A DNA stretch of 64,000 nucleotides from Halodesulfurarchaeum sp. (GTDB lineage: Archaea > Halobacteriota > Halobacteria > Halobacteriales > Halobacteriaceae): positions 672,001 to 736,000 of the forward strand of contig JAXHNL010000002.1 in assembly GCA_034520565.1 (NCBI GenBank), given 5' to 3'. Within the stretch, counting starts at the first letter, position 1, and each line of letters begins with the position of its first letter. Positions 1-8,779 of this stretch are shown here, piece by piece. The notes beneath the pieces were generated by a model, which saw nothing but the letters and a program-made list of their open reading frames with translations, ran no database searches and had not been told where the DNA came from. Both the position numbers and the translations under genes were made by a program.

Positions 1-2
1 GC

Positions 3-1178
3 GCCTTCGGGGTCCCGGTCAAGCTGGATATCACGTTTCTCCTCGTGTTGCCGCTTTTCGCCTGGCTGATCGGCTCGCAGGTGACCGAACTCGTTGACCT
101 CCTCAATACGTTGTGGACGTTGAATCTCGACACCGCCGCGCTCACGGCGGGGTCGATGCCGATGATTCTGGGGATGGCTGCCGCCCTCGGGCTGTTCGCG
201 GGGGTCCTCCTGCACGAATTCGGGCACGCCCTGGTGGCCATTCACTATGGGTTTCCCATCGAATCGATCACGCTCTGGTTCCTGGGCGGGATCGCGCAAC
301 TCTCCGAACAGCCCGAGGACTGGAAAATCGAACTTCAGATCGCCATTGCCGGACCGGTCGTGAGCGTCGTCCTCGGCGTGTTCCTCTGGGTCGTTCTCAC
401 GCTCTTTCCCACCAGTCCCGATGTTGCCCTGTTCCTGCTTGCCTACCTCGCCCTGATCAACGTCGCCCTCGCCGCGTTCAACATGCTCCCCGGCTTCCCG
501 ATGGACGGCGGCCGGGTGCTACGAGCGCTGTTGGCCCGGAAGCGAACCTTCGCCAGAGCGACCCACCTCGCCGCGGAGGTGGGAAAGGGCGTGGCCATTA
601 TCCTGGGCATCGTCGGCCTGTTCAGTTTCAACATCATTCTCATCGGGATCGCCTTCTTCATCTACATCGGGGCGGCCGGCGAATCCCAGCAGACCACCCT
701 CAAGGCCGCCTTCGAGGGGGTTTCAGTTGCGGACGTGATGACGCCGGTCGAGTCGGTCGCCACGGTCGCCCCGGAGGAGTCCGTCGCCGACCTGGTCGAA
801 CGGATGTTCCGGAAGCGCTACACCGGATTCCCGGTCGAGGAAAACGAGGAAATCGTCGGGATGGTGACCCTCTCGGACGCCCGCGAGGTCGAACCCGTCG
901 AGCGGGATGCCTTCACTGTGCGGGACATTATGAGCACCGACCTCAAGACGATCGAACCCACGGCGGACGCCGCCGCGGCGCTCGAGCGAATACAGCGGGA
1001 GTCCGTTGGACGGTTGGTCGTCGTCGACGAACACGGCGAAATGGCCGGCTTGCTCTCCCGGACGGATCTCATGCGGGCCTTCGAGATCATCAAGACGAGC
1101 GGGTTGCAGCCCGCAGAAAAGCCGGTCGAGCCGGATCAGCGGTTCGTGGACGGGCCGCCGGATTCGCCGCGGTGGTGA
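3..1178 (+). CDS. Site-2 protease (M50) with C-terminal CBS domain pair; 5' end outside window
   Basis: HEFGH zinc motif, AGP motif, FNMLPGFPMDGGR motif, TM helices, two CBS repeats; frame open to the window start. Confidence 0.92.
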   Translation, partial: AFGVPVKLDITFLLVLPLFAWLIGSQVTELVDLLNTLWTLNLDTAALTAGSMPMILGMAAALGLFAGVLLHEFGHALVAIHYGFPIESITLWFLGGIAQLSEQPEDWKIELQIAIAGPVVSVVLGVFLWVVLTLFPTSPDVALFLLAYLALINVALAAFNMLPGFPMDGGRVLRALLARKRTFARATHLAAEVGKGVAIILGIVGLFSFNIILIGIAFFIYIGAAGESQQTTLKAAFEGVSVADVMTPVESVATVAPEESVADLVERMFRKRYTGFPVEENEEIVGMVTLSDAREVEPVERDAFTVRDIMSTDLKTIEPTADAAAALERIQRESVGRLVVVDEHGEMAGLLSRTDLMRAFEIIKTSGLQPAEKPVEPDQRFVDGPPDSPRW

Positions 1179-1208
1179 GCGAGGGGCTCGTTGTTTTTTG
1201 TGGAAGGC

Positions 1209-1677
1209 GGTCCGGGTGCGAGAAGTTGAACAACGCCGAGACGGTCCTGCTCACCTCGCTCCGCTCGATTGTGCGGGCTGCGCCTCGTCTCGTTCAATCT
1301 CGCACTACGGCTTCCACACCGCCCATCGAACGTCTCGCGGCGGTCCGTTCGGACCAGCCGCTCGACGGTTCGAGTGTTAGCGGAGGTCCGGGTGCGAGAA
1401 GTTGAACCGAAGGAAGACGCGCTCGCTCGCATTTGCTCGCTGTGCGCGCCTTCCAGGGTTCAAATCTCTCCCGGGACTTCTCACCGCCCACGCACTCGCC
1501 CGGCTCCTGACGGAGCACGGGCTCGTGGTTGGTTCGCGGAAGAAGGTCCGGGTGCGAGAATTGAACCACGGTGCAAGACGCTTCCTCGCTCACTCCGTTC
1601 GCGAGACTGCGCCCTTCCGTCGATTCGATTCTCGCCTTCCGGACCGTCGTCTCGCTTACGCTCGTTCGCAGACAGAA
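1209..1677 (-). repeat. Three tandem hairpin-rich units, each ending in a copy of the tRNA-His 3' end
   Basis: + strand GGTCCGGGTGCGAGAA(G)TTGAAC starts at 1209, 1385 and 1545; the tRNA copy (GGTCCGGGTGCGAGATTGAAC) starts at 1678; each unit has an internal inverted copy (e.g. GTTCAATCTCGCAC at 1292-1305). Confidence 0.9.
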
Positions 1678-1678
1678 G

Positions 1679-1751
1679 GTCCGGGTGCGAGATTGAACCC
1701 GCGTCTCAGCCTCCACAAGGCTGAAGGATAGTCCACTACCCTAACCCGGAC
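1679..1751 (-). tRNA. tRNA-His(GTG)
   Basis: Reverse complement GTCCGGGTTAGGGTAGTGGACTATCCTTCAGCCTTGTGGAGGCTGAGACGCGGGTTCAATCTCGCACCCGGAC; encoded G-1, anticodon arm CAGCC-TTGTGGA-GGCTG. Confidence 0.95.
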
Positions 1752-1862
1752 ACGCCTGAACGCAAGGGGTTCCCGCCCAAATACGTTACGACATGGGGGC
1801 TCCCGATCCCTCGATTCCGCCCGACACGCTTTTGGGTCGATCCCGGCTACGACCCGACAGGC

Positions 1863-2315
1863 GTGGCCATCACGGACAAGATCTACGTGAAAAACCACCG
1901 GCAACTCGCCTCCCAACTCGAGGTCTCCTTCCCCAAGAACGCCTTCAGCGGGGCGACTCTCGACCTCCTGTTCGCAGGGCGAGGCCTGGAGAAGCTCGAC
2001 GAAGCCAACCGCGAGAAAGTGCTCGACTTCGCCGAGGATTTCCTCGATTGTACCTGTGATTCGAATCCCTATTGTGGCCACCCCGAACGCAAGTTCATCG
2101 CCTACCTCCTCGACCTCCGGGCCCAGCATCTCGATCCCGAATCGATCGTGAACGTGATGACGGACGACTACATGCTCTATGCCTATCCCGGGGACGTCTA
2201 CTCGTTTCTCGACGATGCCGTCCGCTCACTCGAGGCTGTCGAAGAAATTGCGCGGGTCGACGGGCGGGGGAACGCGGCCGAGCGGGCCGCTCGACGGAAA
2301 CGGGAATTGCTGTAA
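1863..2315 (+). CDS. Conserved haloarchaeal hypothetical protein (DUF5814-like)
   Basis: Acidic 150-aa ORF with CTCDSNPYCGH motif. Confidence 0.75.
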   Translation: MAITDKIYVKNHRQLASQLEVSFPKNAFSGATLDLLFAGRGLEKLDEANREKVLDFAEDFLDCTCDSNPYCGHPERKFIAYLLDLRAQHLDPESIVNVMTDDYMLYAYPGDVYSFLDDAVRSLEAVEEIARVDGRGNAAERAARRKRELL

Positions 2316-2357
2316 ATCGGCGCTCAGTTGGCTCGAATAGATCTGAAAACCGAGTGA

Positions 2358-2774
2358 CTACCCGATCTGGTAGCGATCGCGCTCGGTGCCGTTCCCGGCC
2401 TCTTCGTCGATGTCCTCGAGGTGGACGATCTCCTCGATCTCCTCCTCCGTGTCCAGCGCGCCCTGCAGGCGAGTGATGTACTCCTTGTGCTCCTGGAGCT
2501 GGTCCCGAAGGTGTTGGGCCTCGAGTTCGAGGCGCTCGTGCTCGCGAACGAAGCTCTTTGGGACCTCGACCCGGGGCGGGAACTCCTCGGCGTCGACCTC
2601 CCGGACGTCGTTCTCCGGGACGACCCGCACCTTGCCCTCGTGGGCGACGAGCATGTCGACGTAATCCCGGAAGACCGCAGAGAGGGAGATGTCACGCTCT
2701 TCGGCGATCTCCCGGAGCGCCTCGAAGGCGTCCTCGCTGACCCGGAAGGAGATCGTCTTGTTCTTGTTGCCCAT
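2358..2774 (-). CDS. CopG/ribbon-helix-helix protein with coiled-coil C-terminus
   Basis: N-terminal KTISFRVSEDAFEALREIAEERDISLSAVFRDYV RHH pattern. Confidence 0.85.
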   Translation of the reverse strand: MGNKNKTISFRVSEDAFEALREIAEERDISLSAVFRDYVDMLVAHEGKVRVVPENDVREVDAEEFPPRVEVPKSFVREHERLELEAQHLRDQLQEHKEYITRLQGALDTEEEIEEIVHLEDIDEEAGNGTERDRYQIG

Positions 2775-2832
2775 AGCAACGGATAGCGCAGCGATCTCCT
2801 TAAGGGTTCGTCAGACGACTGTCACGGGCCGC

Positions 2833-3426
2833 TCAGGCTTCCGCCGGTTCTTCCTCGACCTCGTCGAGGCTCTCCAGGGCTTCGACGACGGCATTCTGAT
2901 AGCGGCCGGGGTCGACGTCGTACTCCTCGCGGGCCCGGATCCCGTACTCGTTCGTCTCCGAATCGAGGACCTCGAGCCGATCCAGCGTGCGCTCGGCGGT
3001 CTCGGTGACCCACCGGCTCCGGGTCTGCTCGTCCACGACCGTGATCGACTCGGGACGGATCGAGACGTTGACCGTCCCGTCGTCGGTCTCGTAGGTGCGG
3101 GGTTTGCCCACGACGGCGACGTAGGTCGGCGTTTCGAGCTCTCGGAGCTGTCCGGCGGCCTCGGGCTGATACTGGCCGGCGTAGACGAAGACGGTGCCGG
3201 TGGGATCGACGACCCGACCCTGCCAGTACTCCTGCTCGTTGCCGACGTCCTCGGTTTCGGTCAGCGTCCCGACGACGAAGACGCGGTTGGCCTGCTCCCC
3301 GGTCGGGAGGAGGACGTAGACTGGGGCCCGATCGTCGTCGCTTTCCTTGAACGTGAACGTGGCGTCGTTGAGTTCCGTGGCGAAGACGCGGCGGGCCGTC
3401 TCGCGCATGGGCGTGGTGTCCGCCAT
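2833..3426 (-). CDS. RPA-associated OB-fold protein (Rpap3-like)
   Basis: RETARRVFATE...LLPTG..ANRVFVVGTLTE motif; directly downstream of the RPA gene. Confidence 0.85.
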   Translation of the reverse strand: MADTTPMRETARRVFATELNDATFTFKESDDDRAPVYVLLPTGEQANRVFVVGTLTETEDVGNEQEYWQGRVVDPTGTVFVYAGQYQPEAAGQLRELETPTYVAVVGKPRTYETDDGTVNVSIRPESITVVDEQTRSRWVTETAERTLDRLEVLDSETNEYGIRAREEYDVDPGRYQNAVVEALESLDEVEEEPAEA

Positions 3427-4359
3427 TTACATCGACCTCGCTCGGATGAGGACCTCGTCGGGATCGGCCAGCTCCGACAGCGCTTCGACCTCGTTGGCGA
3501 GGAGATAGCGTCCCATCACCGGGCCCGTCACTTCGTAGTACCGGCCGAGGACGGTCTCTTCCATCTCGTCGGCAACGACGGTCGTGTCGAGGGCGTCCTG
3601 GGCCATCTCCTTTGCCGTCTCGATGTCGATACCGGTGAGTTCCTCGGTCATCTCGCGGTCGAAGATGACCTCCTGGACGGATTTGCCGTCGTCGAGGACG
3701 CCCTTGATCCGGAGGTCGAACTCGCCTTCGACGTCGCCGTGCTCCGAACAGCGCCCGTTCTGGAGGACGCGGGTACACCCCTCCATGGGGCACCGCTTGA
3801 TCAGGCCGCTGCCGGACTGGATGTCGACCAGCGCGCCCTCCATGGTGGCGTCGTCGTCGCCGACCTCGATCTCCTCGTCGAGTTCGGTGATTTCGGTCGT
3901 CTTGTTGAGCTTGACCGAATACCGGCCCTGGTACTCGTCGGTCACGACGTTCTCGAGCCGGTAGACCGAGCCCTCCTCGAGGGAAGCGAGGTCGGACTTC
4001 GCCCAGGCGGTGAACTTGATGGTGCCGCTTTCGTCGCCGAGGAGCCCGACCTGGGCGACCGCGTCGCTCCGCGGGTCCCAGAGGTCGACGACCTGGACGG
4101 TGAGATTCACCCACTGCTCGGGCTGGTCGATGTCGGCGACCGAGACCTCCGTTTGGCTGCCACCGCCGGCGATGTCCTCGCGTTCGAGGCCTGCCTCCTC
4201 GAGGTAGTGGTTCTCCACGCTCCGGCGCGCCTCGGTGAGGGGAACTTTGTACTCCGAAACCAGTCGTTCGAGCCGCGAGGTCACGTCCTCGAGGTCGATC
4301 TCGAGATGCTCGGTGAACTCCTCGTGAATGTCCTCGGCCGCAGTCTGTATGTCGCTCAT
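3427..4359 (-). CDS. Replication protein A (Rpa3-like; OB folds plus zinc finger)
   Basis: QVGLLGDESGTIKFTAW OB motif; CPMEGC...CSEH zinc motif; LRIKGVLDDG. Confidence 0.9.
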   Translation of the reverse strand: MSDIQTAAEDIHEEFTEHLEIDLEDVTSRLERLVSEYKVPLTEARRSVENHYLEEAGLEREDIAGGGSQTEVSVADIDQPEQWVNLTVQVVDLWDPRSDAVAQVGLLGDESGTIKFTAWAKSDLASLEEGSVYRLENVVTDEYQGRYSVKLNKTTEITELDEEIEVGDDDATMEGALVDIQSGSGLIKRCPMEGCTRVLQNGRCSEHGDVEGEFDLRIKGVLDDGKSVQEVIFDREMTEELTGIDIETAKEMAQDALDTTVVADEMEETVLGRYYEVTGPVMGRYLLANEVEALSELADPDEVLIRARSM

Positions 4360-4470
4360 TGTGGGTCAGTCTCCGGGATCGGTCGGGAGACGGTCATGGG
4401 TTGGCCGTGTTCGTTCATAAACTTCAGTACGCGGCGAGTGTTTGAAAGCCCTCGGACTGGTACTGAGTGC

Positions 4471-4737
4471 ATGGCGGATCTCGGGGAGTGGTTCCGGACT
4501 GCGGCCCGGAAGGCGGGGCGGACAGTCGGGGCTATCGGCACCCAGTTTTCCGGCGGTCGGATGGAGGGTGCCCTGCCCCAAAACGAGACTGGCAAGGTCC
4601 GGATCGTCTGTCGCCGCTACGCGGAGCGTCGCGCCGTCTCCGTGACGGCCGGCAAACCGGCCTGTTTCGAGGCCAACAACCCGGATTGTGAGTCGTGTCT
4701 CGAGGACATCGCGGACGGGACCGTCGAGACCTGGTAA
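4471..4737 (+). CDS. Small Cys-containing hypothetical protein
   Basis: Real start at MADLGEWF inside a long shadow ORF; IVCRRYAERR...C...DCESC...VETW pattern. Confidence 0.7.
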   Translation: MADLGEWFRTAARKAGRTVGAIGTQFSGGRMEGALPQNETGKVRIVCRRYAERRAVSVTAGKPACFEANNPDCESCLEDIADGTVETW

Positions 4738-4770
4738 ACGGAAAATCGCCGGTGAGCGGATCGCCGGCAG

Positions 4771-5244
4771 TCACTCCCCGGGCTCGACCCGCACCCGCAT
4801 CGTGCCGTCACTTGTGACGCCCACCAGTATGTGCTGTCGCACCTCCCGGCCGGCGATCGCGTCCCCGGCGGCGTCGCTGACGAGCTTCATCACTTCCGGC
4901 GCGGAGTAGGGTACCTTCACCCCGGCGTCGTCACAGCCGGCATACACCAGATCGGGGACCTCGTAGAGGTCGGCTCCCGGTTCGATGGTGATCTGGACCG
5001 GGGCCTGGAGGGTCTCGGCAAACGCCACGGTCTCCCTGGCCTTCGAAATGTTCTCCCGTGCGCTCGACTCGACCTTCGAGACGTTCGCCCGGGAGGTGCC
5101 CAGTTCCTCGGCGATGTCGGCCTGCGGGAACTCCCGCTCCCGGAGGGCGAGCACTTCGGCCTGTCGCCTCGTCAACACGCTCTCCTTGGGGTCGAATCCT
5201 GCTCGGTCGAGAATCGCGCTGACGTCCGGTACCTCCTTGCTCAT
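4771..5244 (-). CDS. Tfx family DNA-binding protein
   Basis: LTRRQAEVLALRE..QADIAEELGTSRANVSKVE HTH plus Tfx C-terminal domain. Confidence 0.88.
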   Translation of the reverse strand: MSKEVPDVSAILDRAGFDPKESVLTRRQAEVLALREREFPQADIAEELGTSRANVSKVESSARENISKARETVAFAETLQAPVQITIEPGADLYEVPDLVYAGCDDAGVKVPYSAPEVMKLVSDAAGDAIAGREVRQHILVGVTSDGTMRVRVEPGE

Positions 5245-5292
5245 TGTCCCTTCTTTGAGGCCCGCCCCAAAAAACCACCCGCCCGTACAGCC

Positions 5293-5775
5293 TCAGCTGC
5301 CCCAGAAGTTCTCTCGGCTGCCGAGCCGCGGATCCTCCTCGCGTCGGCTGCTTGACTCCGATTCGGTCTCCGCTTCGTCGTCGTTTTCCTCGCTCGCTTC
5401 CGATTCGGCCTCCCCTTCCTCGGCCGTCTCGCCCGGCGGGCCGTCGAGTTTCTCCTCGAGGTTCGCGCGTGCGTAGTTCGATTTCACCGTCTCGACGGTC
5501 GCCTCGACCCACGCCTCGGGCAGGACGCCGTCGACCATGATCACGAAGCCGCTCTCCTGGTGGTGGCCCACGCCAGCCCCGCTCTCGTGCATGTCGGTCA
5601 CCTCGACGACGACCGTTTCCCCGGGCACGACAGGGGCCGTCTTGAGATCCTCGATCGGTTGACTGTAGTGATTACACCACTGCATCCCGCCCCGGTCCCC
5701 GAAGTGTTGGCACCCCATGCCGTCGATTCGCTCCGAGAAGTGGGGACAATCGTCCGAGAGTGGGCACGTCGCCAT
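5293..5775 (-). CDS. TRAM-domain protein with Cys/His-rich N-terminus
   Basis: APVVPGETVVVEVTDMHESGAGV...GFVIMVDG TRAM motif. Confidence 0.8.
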   Translation of the reverse strand: MATCPLSDDCPHFSERIDGMGCQHFGDRGGMQWCNHYSQPIEDLKTAPVVPGETVVVEVTDMHESGAGVGHHQESGFVIMVDGVLPEAWVEATVETVKSNYARANLEEKLDGPPGETAEEGEAESEASEENDDEAETESESSSRREEDPRLGSRENFWGS

Positions 5776-5830
5776 TACGGAAGGCTACCGGTTCAGTCCA
5801 TTAAACTCCACCGTCACGAGCGCGCCCCGC

Positions 5831-7432
5831 TCAGAACTCGCCCTCCTGGCCGAGCAGGAGGACCATCGACAGCCCGGAGACGAGGATCAGGATGAGCGCC
5901 GGCAGTGCGGCGTACTCGTAATAGAGACTCTCGTGGGCCGCCCAGACGATCGTGACGAGGGTGTCCCGCCCGATCGGCTGGAGCATGAGCGTCGCCGGCA
6001 ACTCCTTCATCGTGGTCAGGAAGACGAGCGCCCCGCCGGCGATTACCCCGGGGGCGATGTCGGGCAGCACGACCCGAACGAAGGTCCGGAGCGGCCCCGC
6101 GTTGAGGGTCCGTGCGGCCTCGGCCTTCCGGTCGTCGAACTGGACGATCGCCGACCGGGTCGTCCCGACGGCTTGCGGGAGGAATCGAACGACGTAGGCG
6201 AACACGAGCAGCGGCACGGTGCGGTAGAGCCACGGCACCGTCGTCGAACCCAGGAACACGAGGGCGAGCCCGATGACGATTCCCGGGACCGCGAAGCCGA
6301 CGTAGGTTCCCCGCTCGAGGAGACGGGCGAACCGACTTTTCGCTCTGGCTCCGAGGAAGGCGACCGGCAGTGCCATCACACTGGCCGCGACCGCTGCGAG
6401 GAGCGCGAACGTGACCGAGTTCAGCGCGTGCTGTGGCTGGAATGCCAGTGACGGAACCGCGCCACCGGTGCCCCGGAGTAGCCAGAGAGTGAAGAGTGCG
6501 ACCGGCAGCACCACGGTGACGGCCCCGAGGAGGAGCAGGGTCGCCATCGCCGGGTAGCGCCAGCGGCCGAGCTCGATGAGCGGCCCCTGCCGGCGCACCG
6601 CCTCACCCGTCGACTGCCCGGTACGGGACTCGACCACGAGTATGACGCCGGCGAGAGCGAGCAACTGGAGGGAGAGCAGCGCGGCGTACCCGACGTTGAA
6701 CGCCTCGTACTCCAGATAGATGGCGCTCGTAAACACGGAGACGCCCATGAACGCCGGCGTTCCGAAGTCCGAAAGCGCGTAGAGTGCGACGAGCAGCGCG
6801 CCGGCGGAGACGGCCGGGCGGATCTGCGGGACGGTCACCCGCCTGAACGCCTCGATCGGTCCCGCATCGAGGGTCCGGGCGGCTTCCACGAGCGAGGTGT
6901 CCATCGAGCGAAGTGCGGCCCGGGCACTCAGAAAGACGTAGGGGTACGTGTAGAGGGTGATCACGAGGGCCGCCCCCGCAAAGCCGTCGATCCGGGGCAG
7001 CTCGAGCCCGAGGAAGGTGGTGAGTTCGCCGTGTTGGCCGAAGGCCGAAACGAACGCGAACGCACCGATGTAACTCGGAACGACGAGGGGCAACGCGACG
7101 AGGACCGAGAACAGCCGCGGGGTCGGGAGATCCGTCCGGGCCGTGAGCACTGCCAGGGGCACCCCGAGCAGGATCGACCCACCGGTCGTGACGGCCACGA
7201 GTGCGACGCTTCGACCGGCGATCGCGACGGTGCGCGTCGAGGTCAGCAACTCGAGGGCCCGTCCGGGATCGACGGCACTGGCCCGCAAGACGAGCCAGAA
7301 AAGCGGCGAGACCACGAGCACGGCGATGACGCTTCCGAAGACGAGTGCCGCCAGGTGTGCGGACGACCGCTCCGCCAATCGTCGGCGAACGCTCGCATTC
7401 GCGGCAGTCAGTTGTGGTCTCGGGCCGTTCAT
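5831..7432 (-). CDS. Fe(III) ABC transporter permease (FbpB-like)
   Basis: Duplicated permease domains, two EAARTL motifs, many TM helices. Confidence 0.9.
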   Translation of the reverse strand: MNGPRPQLTAANASVRRRLAERSSAHLAALVFGSVIAVLVVSPLFWLVLRASAVDPGRALELLTSTRTVAIAGRSVALVAVTTGGSILLGVPLAVLTARTDLPTPRLFSVLVALPLVVPSYIGAFAFVSAFGQHGELTTFLGLELPRIDGFAGAALVITLYTYPYVFLSARAALRSMDTSLVEAARTLDAGPIEAFRRVTVPQIRPAVSAGALLVALYALSDFGTPAFMGVSVFTSAIYLEYEAFNVGYAALLSLQLLALAGVILVVESRTGQSTGEAVRRQGPLIELGRWRYPAMATLLLLGAVTVVLPVALFTLWLLRGTGGAVPSLAFQPQHALNSVTFALLAAVAASVMALPVAFLGARAKSRFARLLERGTYVGFAVPGIVIGLALVFLGSTTVPWLYRTVPLLVFAYVVRFLPQAVGTTRSAIVQFDDRKAEAARTLNAGPLRTFVRVVLPDIAPGVIAGGALVFLTTMKELPATLMLQPIGRDTLVTIVWAAHESLYYEYAALPALILILVSGLSMVLLLGQEGEF

Positions 7433-7449
7433 AGTGGGGGTGGGACCGC

Positions 7450-8616
7450 TTAAACCGTCATTCCTTCATCGCGGAGGAGGTCGACGGCGTCTTCGAGGTC
7501 ACCGAGTGCGTTGAGGTCGAAATCCGGGGGCTGTAGCTCCGAGAGGCTGGGGAGCGGGCCGTCGTATTCGGCCCCCTTCCGGACCGGATACTCGCCGTTC
7601 GTCTCGACGAAGAACTCCTGGCCCTCGGCGGCGAGTACGTGCCGGACGAACTCCGCTGCGAGGTTTGGTTTGTCGGCGGCCTGGAGAACGGCGATTCCGG
7701 AGACGTTGAAGAGGCTCCCTGGATCGTTCTGCGTGAACGTCACGTCGAGGGGCGCATTCGGCTGGTTGCCGATGATTCGGGCCGCGTAGTACTGGTTGCC
7801 CAGCCCGACTGTCACGTCGCCGTTCGCGACGGCCTCGGCCTGCTGGGAGCCGCTCGAGTAGAGGGTGACATCCTGGTCATCGAGCATTCCCCGAACCCAC
7901 TCCCGGGTGCGCTCCTCGCCCTCGAGTTCGATCATGGCGACGATGAACGACCGGAAGGTGCCGGAGTTCGGCCGCGTCGAGATCTCGCCGGCAAACCGCT
8001 CGTCTTCGGCGTAGGCGAAGATGTCCGTGGGCAATTCGTCCCGGCTCCACGCGTCGGTGTTGAACTGGACGGCCCGAACGCGGCCGGAGGCACCAGTCCA
8101 CTGGCCTTCTGGGTCCCGCTTGTTTTCGGGGACGGCGGCGAGGACGTCATCGGGCAGTTCCCGGGCCAGTCCTTCGCCTTTCAGCGCAGCCAGGGCGCCG
8201 GAGGATTGGGTGTAAAACACGTCGGCCGGGGTCGCGTCGCCCTCCTCGGTGAGGCTGTTGAGCTGGGCCTCGTTGCTGTCGTAATCGCGGGCGATCGAGA
8301 AGTCCGGGTAGGTCTCCTCGAGTTTCGCGAAGAGCGGGTCGATCTGGTCGCGGGTCCGGCCGGAGTAGACGGTGAGTTCGCCCTCGAGGTCGCCGAGGTC
8401 CCCCCACGTGACTCCCTCGGTATCGACCGCGGCGCCCTGCGGGGCGTCGCTTTCGTACGGGTCGCCGTCTCCCGACCCGAGACAGCCGGTGACGCCGACG
8501 CTCGTCGCGAGTGCGATCCCGGCAGTCCCGAGCAGCCGTCGCCGGCTGATGCTCCTGGCTGTGCCGTTTTCGTTCGAAGCCTCCGTGCGTGCCAAACGGG
8601 ATGAATCGTGGTCCAT
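7450..8616 (-). CDS. Fe(III) ABC transporter substrate-binding lipoprotein (Tat-exported)
   Basis: SRRRLL Tat motif, VTGC lipobox, YSGR and NQYY FbpA/FutA-like motifs. Confidence 0.9.
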   Translation of the reverse strand: MDHDSSRLARTEASNENGTARSISRRRLLGTAGIALATSVGVTGCLGSGDGDPYESDAPQGAAVDTEGVTWGDLGDLEGELTVYSGRTRDQIDPLFAKLEETYPDFSIARDYDSNEAQLNSLTEEGDATPADVFYTQSSGALAALKGEGLARELPDDVLAAVPENKRDPEGQWTGASGRVRAVQFNTDAWSRDELPTDIFAYAEDERFAGEISTRPNSGTFRSFIVAMIELEGEERTREWVRGMLDDQDVTLYSSGSQQAEAVANGDVTVGLGNQYYAARIIGNQPNAPLDVTFTQNDPGSLFNVSGIAVLQAADKPNLAAEFVRHVLAAEGQEFFVETNGEYPVRKGAEYDGPLPSLSELQPPDFDLNALGDLEDAVDLLRDEGMTV

Positions 8617-8621
8617 CGCAG

Positions 8622-8721
8622 TTTTAGGTTACCCTAAAAGATACTTAGACGTGACGATTTTCGGCCAGCCTAAAACGGTGGTGCCGTGCCCGTATCGGGA
8701 CGTTTTTAGGAATGCCTAATC
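8622..8721. promoter_or_regulatory. Three DtxR/IdeR-type iron-box palindromes in the divergent promoter
   Basis: TTTTAGGTTACCCTAAAA (8622-8639), TTTTCGGCCAGCCTAAAA (8658-8675), TTTTAGGAATGCCTAATC (8704-8721); match the TTAGG-N4-CCTAA core. Confidence 0.8.
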
Positions 8722-8779
8722 AAGTGACAACCGAGACGGACCTGGGGCTGTCGACCGGAGCTCCGGTCCGAGACCTGTC

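Noticed and set aside
1209-1751. Calling the tRNA-His-linked array a CRISPR array
   Set aside because: The repeat is the tRNA 3' end; intervening segments are over 100 nt, structured and mutually related; no cas genes are present.
2689-4470. 682-aa + strand ORF
   Set aside because: Antisense shadow of the RPA operon; only its last 88 codons (4471-4737) look like a real gene.
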